Source of the DNA: an uncultured bacterium
GTDB taxonomy: Bacteria > Krumholzibacteriota > Krumholzibacteriia > Krumholzibacteriales > Krumholzibacteriaceae
DNA length: 64,000 nt
NCBI GenBank assembly: GCA_965371515.1
Contig: CBDUYR010000003.1
Coordinates: forward strand, 36,338-100,337
Direction of reading: 5' to 3'
The translations under genes were made by a program, and so were the position numbers. This document shows, one piece after another, positions 1 to 9,529 of this stretch; within the stretch, counting starts at the first letter, position 1, and the number at the start of each line of letters is the position of its first letter. The notes beneath the pieces are model-generated. The model made no database searches and was not told the DNA's origin. It saw nothing but the letters and a program-made list of their open reading frames with translations.

Positions 1-1900
1 CGCTGTTCTGGAGAAGGTCGACGATCCTCAGCTTGTCCTCGGGATCGACCCTCGAGAATATGAGCGATTCCTCCTTCTCCATCACCGCTGTCAGCTTCCC
101 GTCGTCCATCTCTTTCAGTTCGCTGCCGGTGAATACGGGGGACGGATGTCCGCTTGCGTCGAGGCCGATCTCGTGTCCTATCGCCTGGGCGGTTATCGCG
201 TGATCGCCCGTCATGATGAATGTCCTGATGCCTGCGTCGTGGCACTGCTCCATCGCACCGCGTACGCCCTCGCGCGGAGGGTCCATCATCCCGACGAGGC
301 CGAGGAAAGTGACGTTCTTCTCTACCTCTTCCATCACGTAATCCCTGCCGTCGGCCTCGAGCGGCCGGCAGGCTATGGAGAGGACGCGAAGGGCCTGCCC
401 GGAGAACTCGTCGGCGATCGAGTTGATCGCCTCGCGGTCGGCGTCGGTGATCGGTTCGGGTTTCCCGTCGCGGTAGATGTGCCGGCTGATCGCCAGCACG
501 CTGTCGGTGGCCCCCTTCATCGCGAGCTGCTCGCGGTCGCCGAATTGCCGCACCGAGCTCATCAGCTTGCGTTCCGAATCGAAGGGGAACTCCTTGAGTT
601 CCGGGTTCTCCTCGTCCTCCGTCGGCGAGCGGGTGCCGAGCTTGGTCGACATCGTTACCAGTGCCGCCTCGGTCGGATCGCCGACCGGGTACCACCCGTG
701 GTGGTCCTCGTCCGGTTCGTGGATCTCGGCGTTCGAAGCCATCGTCGCCGCGTCCATCATGATCTCTATCTCGTCGATGCCGGTCTGGTCGACGACGCTG
801 CCCGATTCGTCGAGGAGTTGTCCCTCGGGCTCGTAACCTGTGCCCGTCATCGAGTATCGTTTTCCGTTGAACCAGATCGCCGTGACGGTCATCTCGTTCT
901 TCGTCAACGTGCCGGTCTTGTCGGTGCTGATGACGCTTGTCGAGCCGAGGGTTTCTACCGACGGCAGGCTCTTTACAACGGCGTTCTTATCGGCGAGCCT
1001 CTTGCTAGTCGTCGACATCGCCACGGTGACCTGTGCGGGAAGCGCCTGCGGGACGAGGGCCACGGCGATACCGAGTGCGAGGACCATACTCGTCATGAAC
1101 GAAAATCCCTGCCAGAGCGCGATCCCGAACAGTATTCCCCCGATTACAACGACGGTGATCGTTAGCCACTTTGCCAGCGACCCGAGCTCGCGCTCGAGGG
1201 GAGACGGGGTCTCCTCGGTCTCCTGCGTCATCCCGGCGATCTTTCCCATCTCGGTGTCCATGCCGGTCCGCACGACGACGCCGGTAGCGCTGCCGGAGGT
1301 AACCGTTGTTCCCGTGAAGGCCATGTTGTCGCGGTCGCCTATGACGCTAGCTTCCTTTATCACGTTGCTCGTCTTGCCCTGCGGCATCGACTCGCCGGTC
1401 AGGGCGAAGTCTTCGGTCCGGAGATCGAATGACTCGATCACCCTCAGGTCGGCGGGGATCTTGTCGCCCGCCTCAAGCTGCACGATGTCGCCCGGGACGA
1501 GCTTTGCCTGGGCGACCTCGGCCATCTTCCCGCCGCGTACCACCTTTGCGGGGGACTGTATGAGGTTCTTCAGGCTGTCGAGGATGCGGCTGACCTTGTA
1601 TTCCTGAACGAAGCCGATTATTGCGTTGATCATCACGATGACGACCATGACGGCGCCGTCCCTGTACGAGCCGATCACAAACGAAACAGCCGCGGCGACA
1701 ATCAGGACGATCACGAGCAGGTCCTTGAACTGGGAGAGGAAGATGAGCCATCTGGGCATGCTGATCTCGGCGGCCAGCTCGTTGGGGCCCGATTCGCCGA
1801 GCCTCTTCTGCGCTTCCTCCGTCGAAAGTCCCTTATCGCTCGTGCCGAGGTCGGCGAAGACCTCTTCGGCGCTCATCTGGTAGTATTTTTTATCGCTCAT
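1..1900 (-). CDS. Cation-transporting P-type ATPase (P2-type), 3' end outside window
   Basis: Manual translation of minus strand: MSDKKYYQMSAEEVFADLGTSDKGLSTEEAQKRL..., TGES actuator motif, VETLGSTSVISTDKTGTLT phosphorylation motif, MITGDH; runs off the left edge. Confidence 0.95.
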   Translation of the reverse strand, partial: MSDKKYYQMSAEEVFADLGTSDKGLSTEEAQKRLGESGPNELAAEISMPRWLIFLSQFKDLLVIVLIVAAAVSFVIGSYRDGAVMVVIVMINAIIGFVQEYKVSRILDSLKNLIQSPAKVVRGGKMAEVAQAKLVPGDIVQLEAGDKIPADLRVIESFDLRTEDFALTGESMPQGKTSNVIKEASVIGDRDNMAFTGTTVTSGSATGVVVRTGMDTEMGKIAGMTQETEETPSPLERELGSLAKWLTITVVVIGGILFGIALWQGFSFMTSMVLALGIAVALVPQALPAQVTVAMSTTSKRLADKNAVVKSLPSVETLGSTSVISTDKTGTLTKNEMTVTAIWFNGKRYSMTGTGYEPEGQLLDESGSVVDQTGIDEIEIMMDAATMASNAEIHEPDEDHHGWYPVGDPTEAALVTMSTKLGTRSPTEDEENPELKEFPFDSERKLMSSVRQFGDREQLAMKGATDSVLAISRHIYRDGKPEPITDADREAINSIADEFSGQALRVLSIACRPLEADGRDYVMEEVEKNVTFLGLVGMMDPPREGVRGAMEQCHDAGIRTFIMTGDHAITAQAIGHEIGLDASGHPSPVFTGSELKEMDDGKLTAVMEKEESLIFSRVDPEDKLRIVDLLQNS

Positions 1901-2107
1901 ATCTTTCGGTTTTCTCCTGTGAAGGAACATCCCGTTCTTTGTTGCCGCCCCGCCGGAATGCGGTTTTGCCGAGAATAAAACCACTGGTATCGTTCTACAA
2001 GCGATTTGTCCGTTCGCCGCCGGAGACCGGCGAATGCGCTACTTGAACGGGGCCGGATAGTACGCTAGTATGTTGCGGGGATATTTTTAAAGAGAGGAAT
2101 CTTATAC

Positions 2108-2983
2108 ATGACCATTCATGGACGTACATATGTCATTCTGGCTCCGACCGTTCTTGTGTCGGTTGCTCTCGCGGCACTCTTTTTTTCGTGCGGCGGCGAA
2201 AAGACCGAATGGACCGAGTCGATGGTCCACGACGCACTGAAATCGGCCAATCCTGATTACGTGGGCGGCGCCCAGATGAAGGTCTTCGGCGGCGAGGTGA
2301 TGGCCCTGGGACTCGAGGGGACCGGGATCGTCGATATTACACCGCTTTCGAGGATGAGCATCAGGATGCTCGACCTGAGGGGGCTGGATATAACGGACCT
2401 GTCGCCCATCCGGAAACTTTCCCTGACAGAACTCTACATCGAGGGGACAAAGGTCGCCGATCTTTCTCCCCTCAGTGATATGCCCATGGTGAAGCTCTAT
2501 CTGAACAACACGCAGGTCAACGACATAGATCCGCTTCGCGGCATGCCCCTCGAGATGCTAAGCCTCTTCGGAACGAAAGTGACCGATCTCGGGCCGCTGG
2601 CCGGGATGCCCCTGACGATGCTCTGGCTCAACGAGGCTCCGGTTTCCGACATATCGCCGCTTGCGGGATTGCCGATTCTCAGCCTGACCCTTCATCGTAC
2701 GCGCGTGTCGGACCTCTCGCCCCTGTCGGGCTCGGAACTCAAGAGGCTGCATATAGCAGAGACGCCCGTGACCGATCTCACGCCGCTTGCCGGCCTCCAT
2801 CTGACCAGGCTGATCTTCACGCCGGAGAATATTAAAAAGGGTCTCGAGATACCAAAGAACATGGATACGATATACGAGATAGGCACGGTCTTCGAGATGA
2901 GGATGCCGCCGAAGGCGTTCTGGAAGATGCACAAAGGGTTGCTCGACGAGGCGCGGGATTCCTCGGGAGGCGGCGATGAGTGA
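2108..2983 (+). CDS. Leucine-rich-repeat (internalin-like) lipoprotein
   Basis: Lipobox-like LFFSC after hydrophobic N-terminus; about 8 repeats of ~22 aa LxxLxLxxTxVxDLSPL. Confidence 0.85.
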   Translation: MTIHGRTYVILAPTVLVSVALAALFFSCGGEKTEWTESMVHDALKSANPDYVGGAQMKVFGGEVMALGLEGTGIVDITPLSRMSIRMLDLRGLDITDLSPIRKLSLTELYIEGTKVADLSPLSDMPMVKLYLNNTQVNDIDPLRGMPLEMLSLFGTKVTDLGPLAGMPLTMLWLNEAPVSDISPLAGLPILSLTLHRTRVSDLSPLSGSELKRLHIAETPVTDLTPLAGLHLTRLIFTPENIKKGLEIPKNMDTIYEIGTVFEMRMPPKAFWKMHKGLLDEARDSSGGGDE

Positions 2984-4268
2984 CTCCGGTTCCGGGCCGC
3001 TGAGCTTCCATGTCATGGCAAAGCCTGCAGGCCCGGCCTGCAACCTCAGGTGCGAGTACTGCTTCTACCTCGAGAAGGACGCCCTTTTCCCTGAAGTGGA
3101 GCAATACAGGATGTCCGACGAAATCCTCGAGGCGTACATCCGTCAGAACTACGAGTCGCAGGACCCTTCGCTCCCCGAGTACCTCTTCGCCTGGCAGGGC
3201 GGAGAGCCCACTCTTCTCGGGATCGATTTCTTCCGCAGGGCGGTCGAGCTCGAGAAGAAATACTGTCCGGCAGGGAAGAAGTTCTCCAACACATTACAGA
3301 CCAACGGTATCCTCCTCGACGACGAGTGGTGCGAGTTTCTCGCTCGCAACGACTTCCTCGTAGGGTTGAGCCTCGACGGCCCGAGAGAGATCCACGACAG
3401 GTACCGCGTCGACAGGGGCGGGAACCCGACCTTCGACAGGGTGATGAAGGCCCTCCGGAGACTGCAGAAGCACGGGACGGAGTTCAACATCCTCGCCTGC
3501 GTCAATCGCGAGAGCTCGGAGCGTCCGGTCGATGTCTACAGGTTCTTCAAGGAGAACGGCGCGCGGTTCATCCAGTTCATCCCGATAGTCGAGAGGATTC
3601 CCGGGAAGGATGCCGAGGAGCTCGGTCTCGAGCTGGCACTGCCGCCGTCTCTCGATGCGGAGGAAGCGGCATCCTCCGTGACGCCGTGGTCGGTCGAGCC
3701 TGAGGCCTACGGGCATTTTCTCAACACGATATTCGACGAATGGGTCAGGAAGGACGTCGGTGAGATGTTCGTAATGACCTTCGAGTGGTCTCTGACCGCC
3801 TACATGGGCCTGCCCGCCGCGTCCTGCATCTTCGCCACCCGGTGCGGGACCGGCGTGATCCTCGAACACAACGGGGACGTCTACTCATGCGACCATTTCA
3901 TGTACCCGGCATACCGGCTCGGCAACATTCTCGAGGACGATCTCGGCGCGATGGTCCGCTCGGAGAAGCAGATAGAGTTCGGCGCGCTGAAGGAGACGGC
4001 CCTGCCGGGCTACTGCACCGAGTGCGAGGTCCTCGCCGCTTGCCGCGGGGCCTGCCCGAAGCACCGCTTCGTCATGTCGCCGTACGACGAGCCGGGGCTG
4101 AACTACCTCTGCGAAGGTTACAAGGATTACTTCAATCATATAAAGCCGTATCTCCACGCGATGGCGAAGCTCTACATGGAAGACAGGCCGATCTCCGAGA
4201 TAATGGACCAGACGATCATCGTCGTCCCGAAGGCGGGCGGCGACGGGCGCTGGACGGGGAAGTCATGA
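2976..4268 (+). CDS. Anaerobic sulfatase maturase (radical SAM/SPASM, AtsB/ChuR family)
   Basis: HVMAKPAGPACNLRCEYCFY, WQGGEPTL, C-terminal SPASM cysteines (CIFATRCG, YSCDH, CTEC..CRGACPKHR, NYLCEG). Confidence 0.95.
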   Translation: MSDSGSGPLSFHVMAKPAGPACNLRCEYCFYLEKDALFPEVEQYRMSDEILEAYIRQNYESQDPSLPEYLFAWQGGEPTLLGIDFFRRAVELEKKYCPAGKKFSNTLQTNGILLDDEWCEFLARNDFLVGLSLDGPREIHDRYRVDRGGNPTFDRVMKALRRLQKHGTEFNILACVNRESSERPVDVYRFFKENGARFIQFIPIVERIPGKDAEELGLELALPPSLDAEEAASSVTPWSVEPEAYGHFLNTIFDEWVRKDVGEMFVMTFEWSLTAYMGLPAASCIFATRCGTGVILEHNGDVYSCDHFMYPAYRLGNILEDDLGAMVRSEKQIEFGALKETALPGYCTECEVLAACRGACPKHRFVMSPYDEPGLNYLCEGYKDYFNHIKPYLHAMAKLYMEDRPISEIMDQTIIVVPKAGGDGRWTGKS

Positions 4269-4310
4269 GGGATTGACCGGGGAGATTCCTGAAACAGAGG
4301 AGATGAAGAA

Positions 4311-5822
4311 ATGACTGAAACTACCGGCGGCAGGATGTTCCGGAAGATCCTGATCGTTTTTACGCTTGTATCGATTGTCGCGGTGGCCTTGCCGGCAGAC
4401 TCGACGGCTGTATCCATGCACAAGGATAAGGTCAGGGAGAGGCTCGCCGACATCGAGGGCCTCGTCTGGGCGGGCGAGGATTCCCTCATGACATTCGAGG
4501 AACTGGCAGCCTACTGCGCCCCTATACTGTGGTTCTCCCCCGACGAGCCTCTTCTCGAGGGGAAGTCCTGGGGAGAGATCCGGATCCCGACGGCGTTCCC
4601 GTTCGAGGAACCGGTCGACACCCCTGTCGTCTATTTCCGAATCAGGCGCCTTCTCATAAGGGAGGGGGCGGAGTGGTACGACCTCGAGATCGATCCGAAC
4701 GACCCCGGCGCGACGCAGCTCGACCTGAGCAAGCTGGCCGGCCTCGATCTCGATTTCTTTTTCTACTATCCGACCGAGGAAGGTTTCGGCGGGCACGATC
4801 ACGATGTCGAGTCGGTCGAGATGAAGGTCCTGTTCGGGCGGAAGGGACAATTCGAGGAGCCGGTGTTCGCCATGGCGGTCTGGAAGATCGTGGCAAAGGC
4901 TCACGGCGTTCTCTGGTACGACAACACACTCGAGGTCGACGAATATACACGGTTCCCCATGACGATCCTCGTCGAGGAGGGGAAGCACGCATCCTGCACG
5001 GACAAGAACGGCGACGGCTACTACACGCGCGGATACGACGTCAACAGGAGGATCAACGATGCCTGGGGCGTGCGGGACATCATACGCAGCGGCGGGCTTA
5101 GCACCGGCGGTTTCGAGATGTGGATGGCGAAGGTCAGGAATGACGGGGACGGCGTCTACCCGCCCCTGCCCGAGGACAGTCCCCACAGGGAAAAATATGT
5201 CGTGGACGGCGTCTACGCCCCTGATTATGCGAAATACGAGCTGAGGCCGTTTCCGACATCTGAGAAGGCCGAGGACGAGCTCAAGCCGTTCATAGATTCG
5301 AAGGGGTATCCCGAATGGCCCGAGTTCGAGGAATTCGACGATCTCAAGCAGCTGTCCAGCTGGTTCATCGAGGAGAGCTTCATGAAATCAATCGGGATCG
5401 CCTACCGGTATGACGGTGATCACGGTGTGGTACTTGCTTTCCCGCTCTTTATCGTGAAGAACTTCGAGGAGTCGATGAGCGGCGGCTGGATAGTCAACAG
5501 GGTCTATTTCAAGGACTACAAGCTTAGAGACTTCGGTTACAACCTGCTGTTCACGGCGTCGGCGTCGAGATGGGTCGACGGGTACTTTGCCGCCGGATTC
5601 GAGAGTGATGCGTACGATACACCCGACGGGCAGGAGCGCCAGACGCTGTTCGTCAGCGAGACGGGGATCAAGTTCAGGGCTTACATCAAGCATTCACCAC
5701 TGAAATTCCTCACGAAACTGGGCACCGATTTCTGGGGCCTTCGCATCGGGATCAAATACACCGGGGCATGGGAATTCTCCGAGATCGGGTACGTCGTCGA
5801 GATCGGCGCGGGGGTCTGGTAG
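4311..5822 (+). CDS. Secreted hypothetical protein, NPP1/Vps62-like N-domain plus probable C-terminal beta-barrel
   Basis: Signal peptide; APILWFSPDE, FFYY..GGHDHDVE, AKAHG, EEGKHAS motifs; amphipathic beta-strand C-terminus ending YVVEIGAGVW. Confidence 0.6.
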   Translation: MTETTGGRMFRKILIVFTLVSIVAVALPADSTAVSMHKDKVRERLADIEGLVWAGEDSLMTFEELAAYCAPILWFSPDEPLLEGKSWGEIRIPTAFPFEEPVDTPVVYFRIRRLLIREGAEWYDLEIDPNDPGATQLDLSKLAGLDLDFFFYYPTEEGFGGHDHDVESVEMKVLFGRKGQFEEPVFAMAVWKIVAKAHGVLWYDNTLEVDEYTRFPMTILVEEGKHASCTDKNGDGYYTRGYDVNRRINDAWGVRDIIRSGGLSTGGFEMWMAKVRNDGDGVYPPLPEDSPHREKYVVDGVYAPDYAKYELRPFPTSEKAEDELKPFIDSKGYPEWPEFEEFDDLKQLSSWFIEESFMKSIGIAYRYDGDHGVVLAFPLFIVKNFEESMSGGWIVNRVYFKDYKLRDFGYNLLFTASASRWVDGYFAAGFESDAYDTPDGQERQTLFVSETGIKFRAYIKHSPLKFLTKLGTDFWGLRIGIKYTGAWEFSEIGYVVEIGAGVW

Positions 5823-5875
5823 GAAACGGGCCGCATCCCCGACGGATACGGCCCGGAACGCCCATCTGTCGACTG

Positions 5876-6769
5876 CTATCTCACCAGCATGAACTTTGCC
5901 CATCTGCCGTGGAGCCTCATCATGCCCCTCGCCGCGTGCATCGATACGACCAGGAGCAGAACTCCAAAAAGTACCATGAACGGCATGAACCAGTCGGGTG
6001 TCCAGTACTCCACGTTTCGTATATTCATCATAGGTATGCCGAACGAGTACTCAAGCACCGGCCTTAAGAGGAATGCAAGCGAGAAGGAGAGCAGCGTGAT
6101 CGTCACGGTGAAGTGAATGATGCCGAGGAAGAGCTGTGCGATCATGTACAGGATCGATTTCCACGTCCTCCTGTCCTTCACGATAGAGACGAACTTCTCC
6201 CACATACCCAGGTTTTTTCGTGTGGCGGCGGGCCTTCTCGGCATGCGTATTCCGGAGAGGGCCTCTATGATCCTGCCCTCCACCAGCATCAGCCCCTGTA
6301 CGGAAAGAAGAAAGAGCCCTAAGAAAGGGATGCCGATGATCAGCAGGGCGAGGCCGGCCGACATCGACAGGCCCGTCACAGCCCATGTGAAATATATGAT
6401 CCCCGTCACGAGAGAGAAGAGCATGTAGAACATCGCTGCGTATGCTCTCGGGTCTACGAGTACGCCGAAGAACCTTGCCGCGGCGGATCTTTTACCGTTT
6501 GCCTTTCCGCCGGCAAGGACGGGGGTGGAGAACTTCTCGATCCTGCGGTAGGCGTCGGCAACCTCCTCGGGGGTCCCGTAATCATCGATTATTTCGCGAA
6601 GAGTCTCGTCTTCGGGTATTTCCGGCGATTCCAGCGGCGCAGCATCGAAAGCGGAGCGGAGATGTTCCTCGGCGTCTCCCCGGGCGTCGCTTATCGTGGA
6701 ATGGTCGGCGCCTGAGAGGGCTTTCTCGAGTCTGTCGAGGTATTCCTTGATCATGTCAGACATCGTCAT
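5876..6769 (-). CDS. HAAS-domain / sensor-domain membrane protein
   Basis: N-terminal IKEYLDRLEKAL...DAEEHL..YGTPEEVA (HAAS-like), then 4 TM segments; overlaps the padR 3' end. Confidence 0.8.
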   Translation of the reverse strand: MTMSDMIKEYLDRLEKALSGADHSTISDARGDAEEHLRSAFDAAPLESPEIPEDETLREIIDDYGTPEEVADAYRRIEKFSTPVLAGGKANGKRSAAARFFGVLVDPRAYAAMFYMLFSLVTGIIYFTWAVTGLSMSAGLALLIIGIPFLGLFLLSVQGLMLVEGRIIEALSGIRMPRRPAATRKNLGMWEKFVSIVKDRRTWKSILYMIAQLFLGIIHFTVTITLLSFSLAFLLRPVLEYSFGIPMMNIRNVEYWTPDWFMPFMVLFGVLLLVVSMHAARGMMRLHGRWAKFMLVR

Positions 6770-7133
6770 TTCCTTTCAGTATATCGTCGACCAGGTCCTT
6801 CGTGCTCTTCCATGTCACCTTCCAGTCCTCCAGGATCTTTCCGCCCTCTTCGGTGAGGGAGTAGTAGCGGCGCGGAGGGCCGGAGACCGAGGGCTCGATC
6901 TCGCTCTCCAGGATCCCGCTCCTCTCCATCGAGCGGAGCACGGGGTAGAGGGCGCCCTGTCTGAAGAGGCGCTTCTCCTCCGGCCGGCCGGACGCTGCAT
7001 CGATCTCCTTTGTTATCTGGTAGCCGTACATCGGGCGTCCGGACGCGGAGATGACCCCGAGCAGGATCAGCGCCGCCGTCCCCGATTTGAGCTCCTTCTC
7101 GAACTTCCTGTTCGCCGAGTCGGTATCTATCAA
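6756..7133 (-). CDS. PadR family transcriptional regulator
   Basis: ELKSGTAALILL..MYGYQI..GALYPVLRSME..PPRRYYSLTEEG; start probably TTG 7133 (GAGG upstream) or GTG 7142. Confidence 0.9.
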   Translation of the reverse strand: MIDTDSANRKFEKELKSGTAALILLGVISASGRPMYGYQITKEIDAASGRPEEKRLFRQGALYPVLRSMERSGILESEIEPSVSGPPRRYYSLTEEGGKILEDWKVTWKSTKDLVDDILKGNDDV

Positions 7134-7335
7134 TTCGTTCACCTCTCTTCGACCGGTGGCCGCTGTCAGCGGTCCGGCCGGTTCCGGACCGGGCGGCTTT
7201 GACCGCCCTTTAATGCTCACTTGAGTATAGTATTTATTTAATACTAGTATTATATTCGTAATAGTCAAGGGGATTGTTTCAATTAATTTATAATTTCTTG
7301 TGATACAACGCTTTTTCGTTTGCGTATCAGAAATA

Positions 7336-7399
7336 TGAATGTATATTCACGTAACGATTCATGATTTGAATAAGTATTCAGGTATTGAATGAAGTTTCA
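7336..7399. promoter_or_regulatory. Putative TetR operators: TGAAT-N4-ATTCA at 7336-7349 and 7367-7380, imperfect third copy at 7386-7399
   Basis: Repeated palindrome overlapping a TTGCGT-N16-TATATT promoter-like sequence upstream of tetR. Confidence 0.65.
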
Positions 7400-7421
7400 G
7401 GAATCTGAAAGGAGGCCTGAA

Positions 7422-8075
7422 TTGGATGTTAACGGACAGGACCCCGGACGCCTCTCGCGCCGGGAACGGACCAGGAAGCAGCACCGGGAGGAGATCCTCT
7501 CCGCTGCTACCGGGCTGTTCGCGCGGCATGGTTATGACGGCACGAGCATGCAGATGATCGCCGACCGGGCGGAGCTCTCGGTCGGGAAACTCTACCTCCA
7601 TTTCGAGGGGAAAGAGGATATCTACCGCGAGATCGCCGAATACCATGCCGGGAAGATGAGAGAGATGGCCAACGAGGCGAGCGATCCCTCGATGCCCCCG
7701 ATCGAAAGGATCCGGATGCGGAACAGGGCCGCGACCAGATATCTCGATGAGAATGCCGAGTTCGTCAGGTTCTATGTCAGCGAGATGGAAGGGATGGGCA
7801 AGTGCGCCCACTGCGAAGACGAATCGGACCACGGGATACACCTCTCGGAGATCCGTGATCTCTTCAGGGAGGCGATCGAGAGGGGAGACATCCCCGACGA
7901 GGATCCCGATATCCTGACCGCGGTAATACACGGAGCGGGGCACGGATTGATCTCTTCGGTAGTAGATAAAGGCACGATGCAGTTCGGCGAGGTCGCTGAC
8001 TTCATTGACAGACTGATACTGAAACCTCTGGAGGACAGGAAACTTGAGGAAAAGAGAAAGGAGGGCGGCGGATGA
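7422..8075 (+). CDS. TetR/AcrR family transcriptional regulator
   Basis: EEILSAATGLFARHGYDGTSMQMIADRAELSVGKLYLHFEGKE HTH; TTG start after AGGAGG (ORF track starts at 7389). Confidence 0.92.
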   Translation: MDVNGQDPGRLSRRERTRKQHREEILSAATGLFARHGYDGTSMQMIADRAELSVGKLYLHFEGKEDIYREIAEYHAGKMREMANEASDPSMPPIERIRMRNRAATRYLDENAEFVRFYVSEMEGMGKCAHCEDESDHGIHLSEIRDLFREAIERGDIPDEDPDILTAVIHGAGHGLISSVVDKGTMQFGEVADFIDRLILKPLEDRKLEEKRKEGGG

Positions 8076-9529
8076 ATTATAGAACAGCAGTGATAACGGC
8101 CGCTCTCGTAATGCTGATGTTGTCGGCCTCTACGCTTCAGCCGGTCTGCGCTTCGACTATATCGTCGACCGCTGCAAAGATGGGTCCCGTGCTGCCGGTA
8201 CAGGGTGCCGCGGGCGAACGTCAGCTCCTCTCGCTCGAGAGGGCGATAGCGCTCGGCCTTGCCAACGACGAAACGCTGAAGAAGGCCGGCGAGAGTATTC
8301 TCGGAGCCGAGGCAACGGTCCGGGAAGCGAAATCGGGGAGGATCCCGACGCTCGATCTTGTCGCCCGGTACGGACGGAACATCCTCAAACCGGTGATGTT
8401 CCTCCCGTCGGATATGGCAGAGGCCTTTGGCGGAGTGACGAGGATCGAGATCGGTGAGGACAACGATGTCTCGGCCGTTGCGAACATGACCTGGAATGTC
8501 TGGACCGGTGGAAGGGTCTCCTCTGCGATCGGCGCCTCGAGCGCTATCGCCGAGGCGGTGCGCAGCGGTGAGATCGCCGTAGCAGACTACGTCAGGTTCG
8601 TCATTCAGGACGCCTATTACATGGTGCTGCTAGCCGACGCGACCCTTAAGATAAACGAGGCGGCACTCGAAACGACACTCGAGACCGTCCGGGTCGCCAG
8701 GGCGGGGCACGATAACGGGACGATAAGCAGGTTCGATCTGCTCCGCGCCGAGGTCGAGCTGGAGAACAGGCAGACGCCCCTGATCGTGGCGCGCCACGAT
8801 CTCGATAAGGCGCTCTTCAAGCTCAAGAGGCGCTGCGGGATCGACCCGTACTCCGAACTGGCCCTCTCCGACTCGCTCGGATACGTCGACCAGCCGGAGG
8901 ACCTCGATCATCTCCTGGAGAGGATGAAGGGAACTAATCCCGAGATAATCGCTGTCGAGCACCAGATCATGGCCGCCGAGATGAACGTGAAGCTCGAAAA
9001 GGCGGCGAGGTGGCCCGGCCTGCGTTTAGGAGCAAATTACCTTGTGCAGGGTCAGTGGTCGGACAATGTATCGCCCGACAAGGACAACCTCGCGCATTCG
9101 TCGGCGATCACCGCGGCATTTGTATGGCCGATATTCGACGGCCTCAGGTCGGGTGCACGGATAGATCGTGCGAGGGCCGGCCTGCGTACCGCCGAGGTCG
9201 AGCTCGGCCGTGTCTCGAGAGACAAGGAACTGGCGGTAAGGGTGTCGAGGCTCACGCTGGTGAACGCCATAACGGCTCTGCAGGGACGCGAAGATGCGGT
9301 ATCCCTTGCCGAGGAGGCTTACAGGCTCGCCGAGGTGAGGCTGCTCAACGGCCTGGCCACTCCGCTCGAGAGGCTCGACGCCGAGCTGGCCATGACTACC
9401 GCGAGAGGACAGTACGCACAGGCTCTCTATGCCGCCAACGTAGCCGAGGCGGCGCTCGAATTGACACTTGGAGGAAATTCTGCCGGCCGGTATCGTTCGG
9501 CGGCCGGAAAGGAGACGGACGATGAGTAA
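8072..9529 (+). CDS. TolC family outer-membrane efflux protein
   Basis: Signal peptide, LSLERAIALGLAN, duplicated OEP repeats (FDLLRAEVEL; LERLDAELAM), WPIFDG. Confidence 0.92.
   Translation: MNYRTAVITAALVMLMLSASTLQPVCASTISSTAAKMGPVLPVQGAAGERQLLSLERAIALGLANDETLKKAGESILGAEATVREAKSGRIPTLDLVARYGRNILKPVMFLPSDMAEAFGGVTRIEIGEDNDVSAVANMTWNVWTGGRVSSAIGASSAIAEAVRSGEIAVADYVRFVIQDAYYMVLLADATLKINEAALETTLETVRVARAGHDNGTISRFDLLRAEVELENRQTPLIVARHDLDKALFKLKRRCGIDPYSELALSDSLGYVDQPEDLDHLLERMKGTNPEIIAVEHQIMAAEMNVKLEKAARWPGLRLGANYLVQGQWSDNVSPDKDNLAHSSAITAAFVWPIFDGLRSGARIDRARAGLRTAEVELGRVSRDKELAVRVSRLTLVNAITALQGREDAVSLAEEAYRLAEVRLLNGLATPLERLDAELAMTTARGQYAQALYAANVAEAALELTLGGNSAGRYRSAAGKETDDE

Noticed and set aside
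146..1883. Plus-strand ORFs 146-1165, 840-1607 and others
   Set aside because: Antisense shadows of the P-type ATPase, which the ORF track missed because it runs off the window edge.
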